From an uncultured Gammaproteobacteria bacterium (GTDB taxonomy: Bacteria; Patescibacteriota; Microgenomatia; Daviesbacterales; UBA10151): a DNA stretch of 64,000 nt. Shown piece by piece: positions 19,889-29,151 of the stretch. Both the position numbers and the translations under genes were made by a program. The stretch is from the NCBI GenBank assembly GCA_964500725.1, contig CAZCNP010000002.1, forward strand, positions 197,347 through 261,346, in the 5' to 3' direction. The number at the start of each line of letters is the position of its first letter. Position 1 is the stretch's first letter. The notes under the pieces are model-generated. The model worked only from the letters and a program-made list of their open reading frames with translations. It was not told the DNA's origin and did no database searches.

Positions 19889-20976
19889 AAATTTGGATTG
19901 ATGGGTATGAGGCAAATGTTATACAAAGGCTTGGATCTTCCCAGGTAGCATTTGAGCTTTTAAAAGGTTTAGAAAAAGAAGATTTTAAAAATGACTACAC
20001 AATTTTGCTTCCAAATCCTCCAGTTGTTGATTTACCAAAAGAGAGAACAGGATGGAAGTATAAAATATTAAAACCAAAAAAGCTTTGGACCAGGATTGCC
20101 TTACCTCTTGTTCTATTTAGCGCAAAACAAAAACCAGATATATTTTTTTCTCCTACTCATTATCTTCCCAGGTTTGTGCCAAAAGGCGTCAAAAAAGTTG
20201 TTACCATATTTGATCTATCTTTTCTGCATTTTCCAGAAATGTTTACTAAAAAGGATCTTTGGCAGCTTAAAAATTGGACTAACTTCTCTGCCCAGAATGC
20301 TGATCATATTTTGACTATTTCCAAATTTTCAAAAGACGATATCTTAAAGCAATATAAAATTTCCAAAGATAAAGTTACAGTTGCATATCCAGGTTATGAC
20401 AGAGAAAGTTTCAAGCCCCAAGGGGAAAAACAGGATAACTATATTATATATATAGGGACTATCCAACCAAGAAAGAATCTAATAAAACTAATGGAGGCTG
20501 TTTCGAGAATAGAAAATCTTAATTTAATGATTGTTGGTAAAAGTACGGGTGAAGGCAGGCAAGGGTGGATGTATGATGATATTTTGAAGACTCCTAAACA
20601 ATTGGGAATAGAAGATAGAATAAAATTTTTAGGGTTTATACCAACTGAAGAATTAATAACACTTTTATCAGGGGCAACAGCTTATATACAGCCTTCTTTG
20701 TGGGAAGGGTTTGGTATTCCTGTTGTAGAAGCTATGGCTACAGGAGTGCCAGTTATTGTTTCTAAGGTATCATCATTGCCAGAAGTGGCAGGACAAGCAG
20801 GGTTGTTGGTTGATCCTTATTCTGTTGATCAGATAGAGCAGGCAATAAGAACTATTGTTTCTGATAAAAAATTACAGCAAAAGTTTTCTAAAGCTGGGCT
20901 TGTTCAGTCTAAAAAGTTTTCTTGGGATAAAATGGCAAAGCAGGTTATAAAAATATTTGAGAATCTAAAAACTTAA
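19885..20976 (+). CDS. GT4 glycosyltransferase
   Basis: [30 protein letters not shown]. Confidence 0.75.
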   Translation: MKIWIDGYEANVIQRLGSSQVAFELLKGLEKEDFKNDYTILLPNPPVVDLPKERTGWKYKILKPKKLWTRIALPLVLFSAKQKPDIFFSPTHYLPRFVPKGVKKVVTIFDLSFLHFPEMFTKKDLWQLKNWTNFSAQNADHILTISKFSKDDILKQYKISKDKVTVAYPGYDRESFKPQGEKQDNYIIYIGTIQPRKNLIKLMEAVSRIENLNLMIVGKSTGEGRQGWMYDDILKTPKQLGIEDRIKFLGFIPTEELITLLSGATAYIQPSLWEGFGIPVVEAMATGVPVIVSKVSSLPEVAGQAGLLVDPYSVDQIEQAIRTIVSDKKLQQKFSKAGLVQSKKFSWDKMAKQVIKIFENLKT

Positions 20977-21019
20977 AGATGTTTGCTTATGCTGGTCTTT
21001 ACCCATATAATTACTGTAT

Positions 21020-21622
21020 ATGACCCTGCTTAAAGATAGGATGGGGAGAGCTTTATCATTTGCCGAAGCATTTAGGAAAATAATAAACAGATTCTTTAAT
21101 TGGGTGCTGGATATTGAACTTTTAATAGTTGCTTTAGCAGGGTTTATACCCTCTCATTTATTCAGGCTTTTAATATATATTTTAGCGGGAATGAAAATTG
21201 GCAGAGGTTCTAGGATCCATATGGGAGCCCGTTTCTTCTATCCAGCAAATATAAGTATAGGCAAAGGGACGATTATTGGAGATCATGCCTTTTTGGATGG
21301 ACGAGGCAGGCTTATTATTGGTGATCATGTAGATATAGCTTCTGCTGTGATGATCTACAATAGTGAGCATAATATAAATGCTGAAGACTTTCATGCAGTT
21401 TCAGCGCCTGTTGAAATTGGAGATTACGTATTTATCGGGCCAAGGGTGATAATTTTACCTGGAGTAAAGATTGGAAAAGGAGCTGTAGTGGCAGCAGGAG
21501 CAGTGGTAACTAAAGATGTGGCTGAGTTTACAATAGTTGGTGGAGTACCAGCAGAGGTAATAGGGGAGAGGAAGGTCAGGGATTTACATTACAGATTAGG
21601 TAGAGCGAGATTGTTTCAATAA
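21020..21622 (+). CDS. Left-handed beta-helix (hexapeptide-repeat) sugar O-acetyltransferase (WcaF/WbbJ-like)
   Basis: Hexapeptide repeats IGKGTIIGDHAFLDGRGRLIIGDHVDIASAV...IGDYVFIGPRVIILPGVKIGKGAVVAAGAVV...VGGVPAEVIGER. Confidence 0.75.
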   Translation: MTLLKDRMGRALSFAEAFRKIINRFFNWVLDIELLIVALAGFIPSHLFRLLIYILAGMKIGRGSRIHMGARFFYPANISIGKGTIIGDHAFLDGRGRLIIGDHVDIASAVMIYNSEHNINAEDFHAVSAPVEIGDYVFIGPRVIILPGVKIGKGAVVAAGAVVTKDVAEFTIVGGVPAEVIGERKVRDLHYRLGRARLFQ

Positions 21623-21743
21623 AATTAACCTAATTTCTAATTGACCTAATTGATCTAAAGAATTTCTAATGACCAAATGTCTAATTTAGAAATTTAGTCA
21701 TTTTGTCATTGATTAGAAATTAGTACTTAGAAATTAGAAATTT
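21623..21743. promoter_or_regulatory. Repeat-rich intergenic region: 9-mer AATTTCTAA / TTAGAAATT occurs about 6 times as an imperfect extended palindrome. Candidate operator/promoter for the downstream operon.
   Basis: Directly read: taatttctaattgacc...aatttctaatgacc...ttagaaatttagtcattttgtcattgattagaaattagtacttagaaattagaaattt. Confidence 0.4.
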
Positions 21744-22289
21744 ATGAAAAGATTATTTATCACTTTTTCAGTATTACTTTTTGTATACATGCTTTGGCCG
21801 GGGGTAGGTAATATCTCTAAATTCAGGCCACTGCCGAATAGTGCTAAATCTACCTTGGAGGGTGATACTATTCAAATTCCAAATGTATCTGCATATTTTT
21901 CTGAAAACTTTAGAAATTTTGTAATCCCTTTTTATTTTAAGGACTACCAAAGAGTCTCTTATTTACCTTTTCCTCCACTACGTTTAAATCATGCCCCTGA
22001 ATATTCCTGGACAGTGATTAAAAAGCCAACAGATACAACATATTTAGAGGAATTTGTATATCCTTTAAGGGATTCTTTGTATGTTAATGGGTTTGAAGTT
22101 AATAGACCTGATGGTAGTGTTGTTTTCTGGGGTGGACCTAAGCTTGACCAAGATGACAAGTATTGGTCAACAAAGGCTACCTTAAGACTTTATACATCAA
22201 ATGTTTTTACTAGATTATTGGTTTGGGGTGGAATAATTCTTGCCATTTCATCACTATATAAGTTAGGAAGGAGTATTGTTACCGAATGA
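21744..22289 (+). CDS. Small membrane protein (N- and C-terminal hydrophobic segments), function unknown
   Basis: ORF with hydrophobic termini; translationally coupled to the downstream Wzy_C gene. Confidence 0.4.
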   Translation: MKRLFITFSVLLFVYMLWPGVGNISKFRPLPNSAKSTLEGDTIQIPNVSAYFSENFRNFVIPFYFKDYQRVSYLPFPPLRLNHAPEYSWTVIKKPTDTTYLEEFVYPLRDSLYVNGFEVNRPDGSVVFWGGPKLDQDDKYWSTKATLRLYTSNVFTRLLVWGGIILAISSLYKLGRSIVTE

Positions 22290-23701
22290 CCATTTTGAAT
22301 AAAGGATTATTTTTATTAATGCTGTTTCTTTTTGCATTTATTCCTTTATACCCTAAATTTCCTCTTTTTAGATTTGAGAGTACCTTTGCAGCAATTAGGT
22401 TAGAAGATTTCTTAATAGCGTTAGCTTTGGTGCTTTGGGTTGTTTATAATTTCAAAAACAGAAAATGGGATTTTTTCACAAAAGATAATATTGGTAAAGC
22501 ATTCTTACTTTTTTTTGCAATAGGTGGTTTATCATTATTTGCGGCAAACTTTCTAACCCACACAGTTGTTCCCCATTTAGGATTGCTGCATTTTGTCAGA
22601 AGGATAGAATTCATGATGCTTTTACCAATTTGTGCCACAGTTTTTACTACCAGAAAAAGAATAATTGCAGCGTTAATAGTTCTAGTAGTCACACTCTTTG
22701 CGGTTAATGTTTATGGAGCAGGACAGTTATATCTAGATTGGCCAGTAATATCTACCACCAACTCTGAGTTTGCTAAGGGTTTGATTTTAAAACTGACCCC
22801 AGGGGCGCGGGTAAATTCTACATTTGCCGGACATTATGATTTGGCAGTATTTTTGGCAGGTGCGTTAGCCTTTTTGTCAGTATTTTTCTTTTCAACAAAA
22901 ATACTGGGAAAAATATTAATACTGGCTCTTGGAGCTTTTTCTTTATTTTTGCTTATTTTAACTGCTGCCAGAGTGTCATTTGTGGCTGCCTTTATCGGAC
23001 TAATCGCTGCTTTAATTTTTTCCAGGAAAAAGAAATATTTAATTTTGATATTTATTGTATTAGTGCTGGCAGCTATTTATCCTTCCCAGATGAGAGATAG
23101 GTTTGTTTCAACAGTTACTATTAATCTATTTAATATGGGACAAAGGTATGAAGGCAGGAATCTAAACCAACAACTTGAAAATAAGCTAAATATCCCAACA
23201 CTTTTTTACAGGATGGCCAGCAGGTCTGCCTCTCAGTCAGCATTTGCCAGTCCCTCTGCAGGGATTCCTACGGATATTGCTCCAGGAGAACCGATTAATG
23301 AGACAGACCTGGCAGTTTATAGGTCCTTTCAAATCAGGCTTAATATGGAATGGCCAAGGGCTATCAATGCCTTTTTGAAAAATCCCTTGACTGGTTTGGG
23401 TTATTCATCATTGGGGTTGGCAACTGATAATGAGTATCTGCGTTCTTTAGGCGAAGTAGGACTTTTAGGAACGGTTGCTTTTGGGCTTATTATATTATCT
23501 GTCTGGAAGAAAATATTAAAAGGAATCAGAAATGAAGATAAACTAATCAGATTGTTTTCTGCGGGTACACTTTCTTTGATTATTGTATTTTTAGCAAATG
23601 GATTATTTATTGATGTGTTTGAAGCATCAAAAATAGCATCACTTTTTTGGATGATTTTAGGACTTAATTTAGCTGCCTTGAAGGCAGCAGAAAGAAAATG
23701 A
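22286..23701 (+). CDS. O-antigen ligase / Wzy_C-family polytopic membrane protein (ligase or polymerase)
   Basis: Conserved Arg in a TM-loop segment (LLILTAARVSFVAAF) and a C-terminal periplasmic-loop motif GLGYSSLGLATDNEYLRSLGEVGLLG, typical of the WaaL/Wzy_C family. Confidence 0.65.
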   Translation: MTILNKGLFLLMLFLFAFIPLYPKFPLFRFESTFAAIRLEDFLIALALVLWVVYNFKNRKWDFFTKDNIGKAFLLFFAIGGLSLFAANFLTHTVVPHLGLLHFVRRIEFMMLLPICATVFTTRKRIIAALIVLVVTLFAVNVYGAGQLYLDWPVISTTNSEFAKGLILKLTPGARVNSTFAGHYDLAVFLAGALAFLSVFFFSTKILGKILILALGAFSLFLLILTAARVSFVAAFIGLIAALIFSRKKKYLILIFIVLVLAAIYPSQMRDRFVSTVTINLFNMGQRYEGRNLNQQLENKLNIPTLFYRMASRSASQSAFASPSAGIPTDIAPGEPINETDLAVYRSFQIRLNMEWPRAINAFLKNPLTGLGYSSLGLATDNEYLRSLGEVGLLGTVAFGLIILSVWKKILKGIRNEDKLIRLFSAGTLSLIIVFLANGLFIDVFEASKIASLFWMILGLNLAALKAAERK

Positions 23702-25164
23702 AACTAACTAAGATATTTGCCAGTCAATATTTTTGGTTGCTAATTATAATTGTATTAGGGTTGCTGGTTAGGCTATATAAAATTGATGCTCCAATTGCTG
23801 ATTGGCATTCATGGAGACAGGCAGATACAGCAGCGGTTACAAGAAACTTTATAAAGATGGGCTTTAACCCATTGTTCCCCAAATATGATGATATGACAGG
23901 AGTATCAGAAAAGCCTGTTGTTAACCCTGCAAGATTTAGATTTGTGGAGTTTCCTGTTTATAATATCTTTGTTTATCCACTTTATTTATTATTTGGTATT
24001 GATGATAAATTGCATAGGTTAGTTTCAGCTCTGTTTTCTTTAGGCAGCACAGCTTTTTTGTTTTTTATAGTTAAAAAATATACTGGTGTGGCAACAGGGC
24101 TTCTTGCTGCCTTTTTATTTGCACTTTTGCCTTTTAATGTTTTTTTCTCCAGGACCACTTTACCAGAACCTACTTTTATTTTCTTTTCTTTAGGGATGAT
24201 TTATTTTATGGGCAATTGGATAGAAAGCAACAAAAACAGCCAGGCTATATTAGGCCTTTTTTTTACAGCAATAGCATTTTTAATTAAGCCCTGGGCCATT
24301 TTTTTCTTTTTACCGCTTCTGTATTTACTTTTCCGACATCAAGGAAGGAAGTTTTGGATTAAGTTTTTACTTTTGACTGCTGTCGCTTTAGCGCCACTTG
24401 CTTTATGGAGGCTTTGGATTCTGCAGCAATCTCAAGGGATACCCGCCTCCAGCTGGCTGTTAAATAGTGATGGTATCCGATTTAAACCGGCCTTTTGGTG
24501 GTGGATTATTTCTGAAAGATTGGGCAGAGAAATTCTAGGAGCAACAGGAATGGTGCTATTTTTCCTAGGAATTTTTATTAAGCCCAAAAATGGCAATTAT
24601 TTTTTTCACTTTTGGGCTTTGTCATCATTTATTTTTATAGCAATTTTTGCAACAGGTAATGTCAGACATAATTACTATCAAATACAGGCAATCCCGATAG
24701 TAAGCATATTCTTGGCTTTGGGGTTCACCCAGCTTTTTAGAAGGAGCAATCTTTTTATAGCAAGATTTTGGACTATGATTTTAGCAATGTTTTTGTTTGT
24801 TTTATCGTTTTATTTTAGTTTTAAAGTAGTTAAGGAATTTTACAATGTGAATAATCCGGATATGGTTGAGGCAGGCAAAACAGCTGATAGGATTTTGCCA
24901 AAAGATGCCATAGTCTTAGCCCCTTACAATGGGGATACCGCATTTTTATATCAGACAAACCGTCCGGGTTTTCCAGTAACAGCTCTGCCTATTCCAGAGT
25001 TGGTTGCAGATTTTGGAGTAACTGCTTATGTATCAACAACAAAAGATGCAAAAACTAATTGGGTGCTGAGGCATTTCCAGGTCCTGAAAGATACAGAGAA
25101 ATTTGTTATAGCTGACCTTACTACTATTAAATCTCCTTTAAGTTCTGATGATCCAGAGCCATAA
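23698..25164 (+). CDS. GT-C-type membrane glycosyltransferase (ArnT/PMT-like or DUF2723-like)
   Basis: N-terminal WHSWRQADTAAVTRNF loop followed by about 11 hydrophobic helices and a C-terminal soluble region. Confidence 0.5.
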   Translation: MKLTKIFASQYFWLLIIIVLGLLVRLYKIDAPIADWHSWRQADTAAVTRNFIKMGFNPLFPKYDDMTGVSEKPVVNPARFRFVEFPVYNIFVYPLYLLFGIDDKLHRLVSALFSLGSTAFLFFIVKKYTGVATGLLAAFLFALLPFNVFFSRTTLPEPTFIFFSLGMIYFMGNWIESNKNSQAILGLFFTAIAFLIKPWAIFFFLPLLYLLFRHQGRKFWIKFLLLTAVALAPLALWRLWILQQSQGIPASSWLLNSDGIRFKPAFWWWIISERLGREILGATGMVLFFLGIFIKPKNGNYFFHFWALSSFIFIAIFATGNVRHNYYQIQAIPIVSIFLALGFTQLFRRSNLFIARFWTMILAMFLFVLSFYFSFKVVKEFYNVNNPDMVEAGKTADRILPKDAIVLAPYNGDTAFLYQTNRPGFPVTALPIPELVADFGVTAYVSTTKDAKTNWVLRHFQVLKDTEKFVIADLTTIKSPLSSDDPEP

Positions 25165-25172
25165 AAACTAAT

Positions 25173-26363
25173 ATGAGAGTCCTAATGCTTACTCCTTACC
25201 TGCCTTACCCACTTCTAACTGGCGGACAAACGCGTTCGTATGATTTGATAAAAAGACTCTCTGCCTTAGGACACGAAATTACCCTTTTTAGTTTGATAAA
25301 GAGTGATAATGAAAGAAAATATGTTGGCCAGCTGCAAAAGTTTTGTAAAGAAGTTCAGGTATTTGGAAGGTCTGAAAAGCCTTGGACAATAGGTAACATT
25401 TTAAAAACTGGCTTTAGTTTCTATCCATTTTTGGTTATCAGGAATTGGGCTGGGGGAGAAAAAAAGGGGATTGAAAATAAGATTGCCAAAGAACAGTTTG
25501 ACTTAATTCATGCTGAGACTTTTTATGTTATGCCTCATATTCCTAAAACTTCAGTGCCAATACTGCTAGTTGAGCAAACTATTGAATATTTAGTTTATAG
25601 ACACTTTGCGGATGAGTTTAAATTACCTCCTTTGCGCCCGCTTTTATATATAGATGTTGCCAAAATGAAATATTGGGAACTTAAATATTGGAGGATGGCC
25701 AAAAGGGTGGCTGCTATGTCTTCAGAAGATAAAGACACAATGACTGAAGAGTTAGGTAACCTTAATGTTGATATTGTGCCTAACGGGGTAGATAGTGAAT
25801 TTTTTGGGCAGTCAATAACACCGCGGTCAAAAATACCAACAGTGCTTTATTTAGGAAACTTTACTTGGCTGCAAAATAGGGAAGCAGTTGATGTATTAGT
25901 TAGAAAAGTCTGGCCTGTTATTAAAACAAAACTTTCTAATGCAAGGCTTTGGATTATTGGTAAAGATGCCCAAAAATATTTTCCAAATTTAGCATCTGAT
26001 GATATCCGGGTTGAAGAGGTTAGTGATGTTAGAGAAGTTTACCAGCAAGCCTCAATATTGGTTGCACCAATTTATGGAGGTGGAGGTACTAGGTATAAAA
26101 ATTTTGAAGCTTTTGCATCTGGTCTTCCAGTTGTGACAACATCAATAGGCATCAGGGGAACTGATGCCAAAGATGGCATTGAGGTTATCGTCAGAGATAA
26201 ACCAGAAGATATAGCAGAAGCTGCTGTTGCTTTAACTAAAGATAATAAGCTTTATGAAAAAATTGCTGAAAATGCCAAAAAGATGGTTAAGGAAAAATAT
26301 GACTGGGATCCTATTGCTAAAAAGTTAAGTCAAATCTATCAGGATTTAGGCAAGAGGAGGTAA
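25173..26363 (+). CDS. GT4 glycosyltransferase
   Basis: GT-B C-terminal half with PIYGGGGTRYKNFEAFASGLPVVTTSIGIRG. Confidence 0.65.
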   Translation: MRVLMLTPYLPYPLLTGGQTRSYDLIKRLSALGHEITLFSLIKSDNERKYVGQLQKFCKEVQVFGRSEKPWTIGNILKTGFSFYPFLVIRNWAGGEKKGIENKIAKEQFDLIHAETFYVMPHIPKTSVPILLVEQTIEYLVYRHFADEFKLPPLRPLLYIDVAKMKYWELKYWRMAKRVAAMSSEDKDTMTEELGNLNVDIVPNGVDSEFFGQSITPRSKIPTVLYLGNFTWLQNREAVDVLVRKVWPVIKTKLSNARLWIIGKDAQKYFPNLASDDIRVEEVSDVREVYQQASILVAPIYGGGGTRYKNFEAFASGLPVVTTSIGIRGTDAKDGIEVIVRDKPEDIAEAAVALTKDNKLYEKIAENAKKMVKEKYDWDPIAKKLSQIYQDLGKRR

Positions 26364-26364
26364 T

Positions 26365-27459
26365 ATGTCAAAAATCATTATAGATGGAAGAATGATAAAT
26401 GAGTCAGGGATTGGGCGTTATATCAGGAATCTGATCAGTAATTTACAGACTCTGGATCATGAAAATGAATACTTTATTTTGCATTTGGAAAATGATTTTC
26501 AGACATTAAAATACTCAAATAACTTCCATAAAATTGCTGCAGATTTTAGGTGGTACGGATCAGAGGAGCAGATTAAGTTGCCTAAGCTGCTTTATTCACT
26601 AAGTCCTGATTTAGTGCATTTTCCTCATTTTAATATTCCAATTTTTTTTAAAGGAAAATTTATTGTTACTATTCATGATCTAATCCACCAGCATTTTAGT
26701 ATGCAAAGGGCTACTACGCATGGATCTATTGTCTATAAATTAAAGCAGTTTGGTTATAAAAAAGTTTTTAATAAGGCAATAAAGGATTCAGAAAAAATTT
26801 TGGTCCCTTCAGTATTTGTAAAAAAGCAATTAAAAGATGAATGGGGTATCGAGGAGAAAAAAGTTTTAGTTACTCCGGAAGCTGTGGATGATGAGATTAT
26901 TAGTTCGAGTAAAAAGACAAAAGTAAACAGTATAAAACAACCCTTTATTTTTTATGTTGGAAATGCTCACCCTCATAAAAATATAGAAGGATTAATTAGA
27001 GTATTTGGCAATCTTAAGGAAAAGCATCCAACATTATCGTTGGTATTGTCAGGAAATGATCATTATTTTTGGCAAAGAATCAGGAGTAAGCACCAAGAAA
27101 AAGATATTATCTATACAGGTCAAATTTCTGATGAGGAACTAGTAGCTTTATATAAGAGTGCTGCTTGTTTTGTAATGCCCTCATTTGAGGAGGGATTTGG
27201 TATACCAATACTTGAAGCTATGGTTTGTTCCTGCCCCGTGGTTTCCTCGAATGCCGGAAGCCTGCCAGAAGTAGGAGGGGAAGCTTCCCTATATTTTGAC
27301 CCGAAAGATTCCAAAGATATGTTTGAAAAAATAGATCTGGTTTTAACATCTGATAAGTTAAAGAAAGATCTAATCCAAAAAGGAATAAAAAGAGTAGAAG
27401 ATTTCAGTTGGGAAAAACTTGCCAAGCAGACACTGGAGGTATATAAAGAGTGCGTGTAG
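26365..27459 (+). CDS. GT4 glycosyltransferase
   Basis: EGFGIPILEAMVCSCPVVSSNAGSLPEVGG. Confidence 0.75.
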   Translation: MSKIIIDGRMINESGIGRYIRNLISNLQTLDHENEYFILHLENDFQTLKYSNNFHKIAADFRWYGSEEQIKLPKLLYSLSPDLVHFPHFNIPIFFKGKFIVTIHDLIHQHFSMQRATTHGSIVYKLKQFGYKKVFNKAIKDSEKILVPSVFVKKQLKDEWGIEEKKVLVTPEAVDDEIISSSKKTKVNSIKQPFIFYVGNAHPHKNIEGLIRVFGNLKEKHPTLSLVLSGNDHYFWQRIRSKHQEKDIIYTGQISDEELVALYKSAACFVMPSFEEGFGIPILEAMVCSCPVVSSNAGSLPEVGGEASLYFDPKDSKDMFEKIDLVLTSDKLKKDLIQKGIKRVEDFSWEKLAKQTLEVYKECV

Positions 27460-28517
27460 CTATAGTTCATGATGATTTGGTTCAATGGGGTGGGGCTGAA
27501 AGAGTATTGCTGGGACTTTTGCAAGCCTACCCTGATGCTACCTTATACACCTCTCTTTTTGATGACAGTAATAAAATACTGAAAGAAAAGTTTGGTTCTA
27601 AAAAAATCTTCACTTCGTTTTTGCAAAAAATTCCTGGCTGGAAATATTTTTATAAAGCCCTACTACCTTTTTACGGATTGGCTTTTGAACAGTTTGATTT
27701 TTCCAATTTTGATTTAGTAATTTCTCATACAACCCGTTTTGCTAAAAGTATTATTACTAAACCTGAAACTATCCATATATGTTACTCTCATACCCCACCC
27801 AGATTTTTGTGGCATTTTTCGGGAGAAAAAAATTATGGACTTTTTGACTTACTTTTGTCTAAGCTGAGAATTTATGATGCAATTACTGCCCGAAGGGTAG
27901 ATTATTTTTTGGCTGGTTCTGAAAATGCAAAGAATAGAATAAAAAAAGTTTATAAGGTGCCCTCAAAAGTTGTTTATCCATTTATTGATTTAGAAAGGTT
28001 TAAAAATACCCAGAGTTTTGATGGAGGATATTTTTTAGTAGTAAGCAGATTAAATAAATATAAAAGAGTTGATTTAGCAGTTAAGGCTTGTATGAAATTA
28101 GGTTTATCTCTTAGGGTTATTGGAAGCGGACCTGAGCAAGAAAAGTTACCAAAAACAAAAGAAATAGAGTATCTAGGTAATTTAGATGACAGTTTGACAA
28201 CTGCAGTATTGGCAGGATGCAAAGCTTTAATTATTTGCGGGGAAGAAGATTTTGGACTAACCAGCTTAGAAGCTCAAGCTTTAGGTAAGCCAGTTATAGC
28301 ATTTGCCAAGGGTGGTATTTTAGAAACAGTAATCCTTAATAAAACTGGAATATTATTTGAGGAACAAACAGAGGATAGTTTAGTTGTTGCTTTGCAAAAG
28401 CTTGAATCAATAAAGATTAAACCTGATGATTGTTACCAAAATGCAGAAAAATTCAGCAGAGAAAAATTTTTAAAAAACTTTAAGCAAGAAGTTGCTTCTT
28501 TGTTGTACACTAGATAG
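27450..28517 (+). CDS. GT4 glycosyltransferase
   Basis: FGLTSLEAQALGKPVIAFAKGGILETV; GT-B fold. Confidence 0.65.
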   Translation: MRVAIVHDDLVQWGGAERVLLGLLQAYPDATLYTSLFDDSNKILKEKFGSKKIFTSFLQKIPGWKYFYKALLPFYGLAFEQFDFSNFDLVISHTTRFAKSIITKPETIHICYSHTPPRFLWHFSGEKNYGLFDLLLSKLRIYDAITARRVDYFLAGSENAKNRIKKVYKVPSKVVYPFIDLERFKNTQSFDGGYFLVVSRLNKYKRVDLAVKACMKLGLSLRVIGSGPEQEKLPKTKEIEYLGNLDDSLTTAVLAGCKALIICGEEDFGLTSLEAQALGKPVIAFAKGGILETVILNKTGILFEEQTEDSLVVALQKLESIKIKPDDCYQNAEKFSREKFLKNFKQEVASLLYTR

Positions 28518-29151
28518 ACACATGTTTTACGATTGTTTAAAAAGATTAACAGATTTTGTAGGGTCTTTGGTAGGTTTGATTGTGCTTTCCCCTCTTTTAT
28601 TGCTAGTGGCTTTGGCTATCAAGATAGATTCCTTTGGTCCTATTATGGCTGATACTCCAATGAGAGCTGGCAAGAATGGAAAACTTTTTAAAATATACAA
28701 GTTCCGCTCCATGGTTCAAAATGCACATGAGATTTTAGAAAATAACCCTAAGCTTTTAGAAGAATATAAAAAAAATAGCTACAAAATATTTAATGATCCA
28801 AGAGTAACAAATGTGGGAAAGATAATTAGGAAATACTCAATTGATGAATTCCCTCAGTTCCTTAATATCTTAAAAGGAGAAATGAGTTTAGTAGGGCCTA
28901 GGGCATATTACCCTTACGAACTTGAGGAGCAACAGGAAAAATACCCTCAGTCAAAAAAATATGTTAAAGTGATTTTATCAGGCAAACCAGGACTGACTGG
29001 TGTCTGGCAGGTTACAGGGAGATCTGAGATTAATTTTGATGAGAGGGTAAAAATGGATGCAGGTTATGTTGCCAGAAGATCCATTTTTTATGATGTTTGG
29101 ATAATGCTAAAAACCATCCCAGCAGTTATTTCTGGCAGGGGTGCAGTATAA
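28492..29151 (+). CDS. Small monotopic polyprenyl-phosphate phosphoglycosyltransferase (PglC/WbaP C-terminal domain family, 'bacterial sugar transferase')
   Basis: LKRLTDFVGSLVGLIVLSPLLLLVALAIKIDSFGPIMADTPMRAGKNGKLFKIYKFRSM...DEFPQFLNILKGEMSLVGPRA, the canonical PglC signature. The likely true start is the ATG at 28522. Confidence 0.85.
   Translation: MLLCCTLDRHMFYDCLKRLTDFVGSLVGLIVLSPLLLLVALAIKIDSFGPIMADTPMRAGKNGKLFKIYKFRSMVQNAHEILENNPKLLEEYKKNSYKIFNDPRVTNVGKIIRKYSIDEFPQFLNILKGEMSLVGPRAYYPYELEEQQEKYPQSKKYVKVILSGKPGLTGVWQVTGRSEINFDERVKMDAGYVARRSIFYDVWIMLKTIPAVISGRGAV

Noticed and set aside
21623-21743. Possibility that the TTAGAAATT repeat cluster is a CRISPR array
   Set aside because: The repeats are 9-mers in both orientations with irregular 2-12 nt spacing. 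There are no 25-40 nt direct repeats, no regular spacers and no cas genes in the window.
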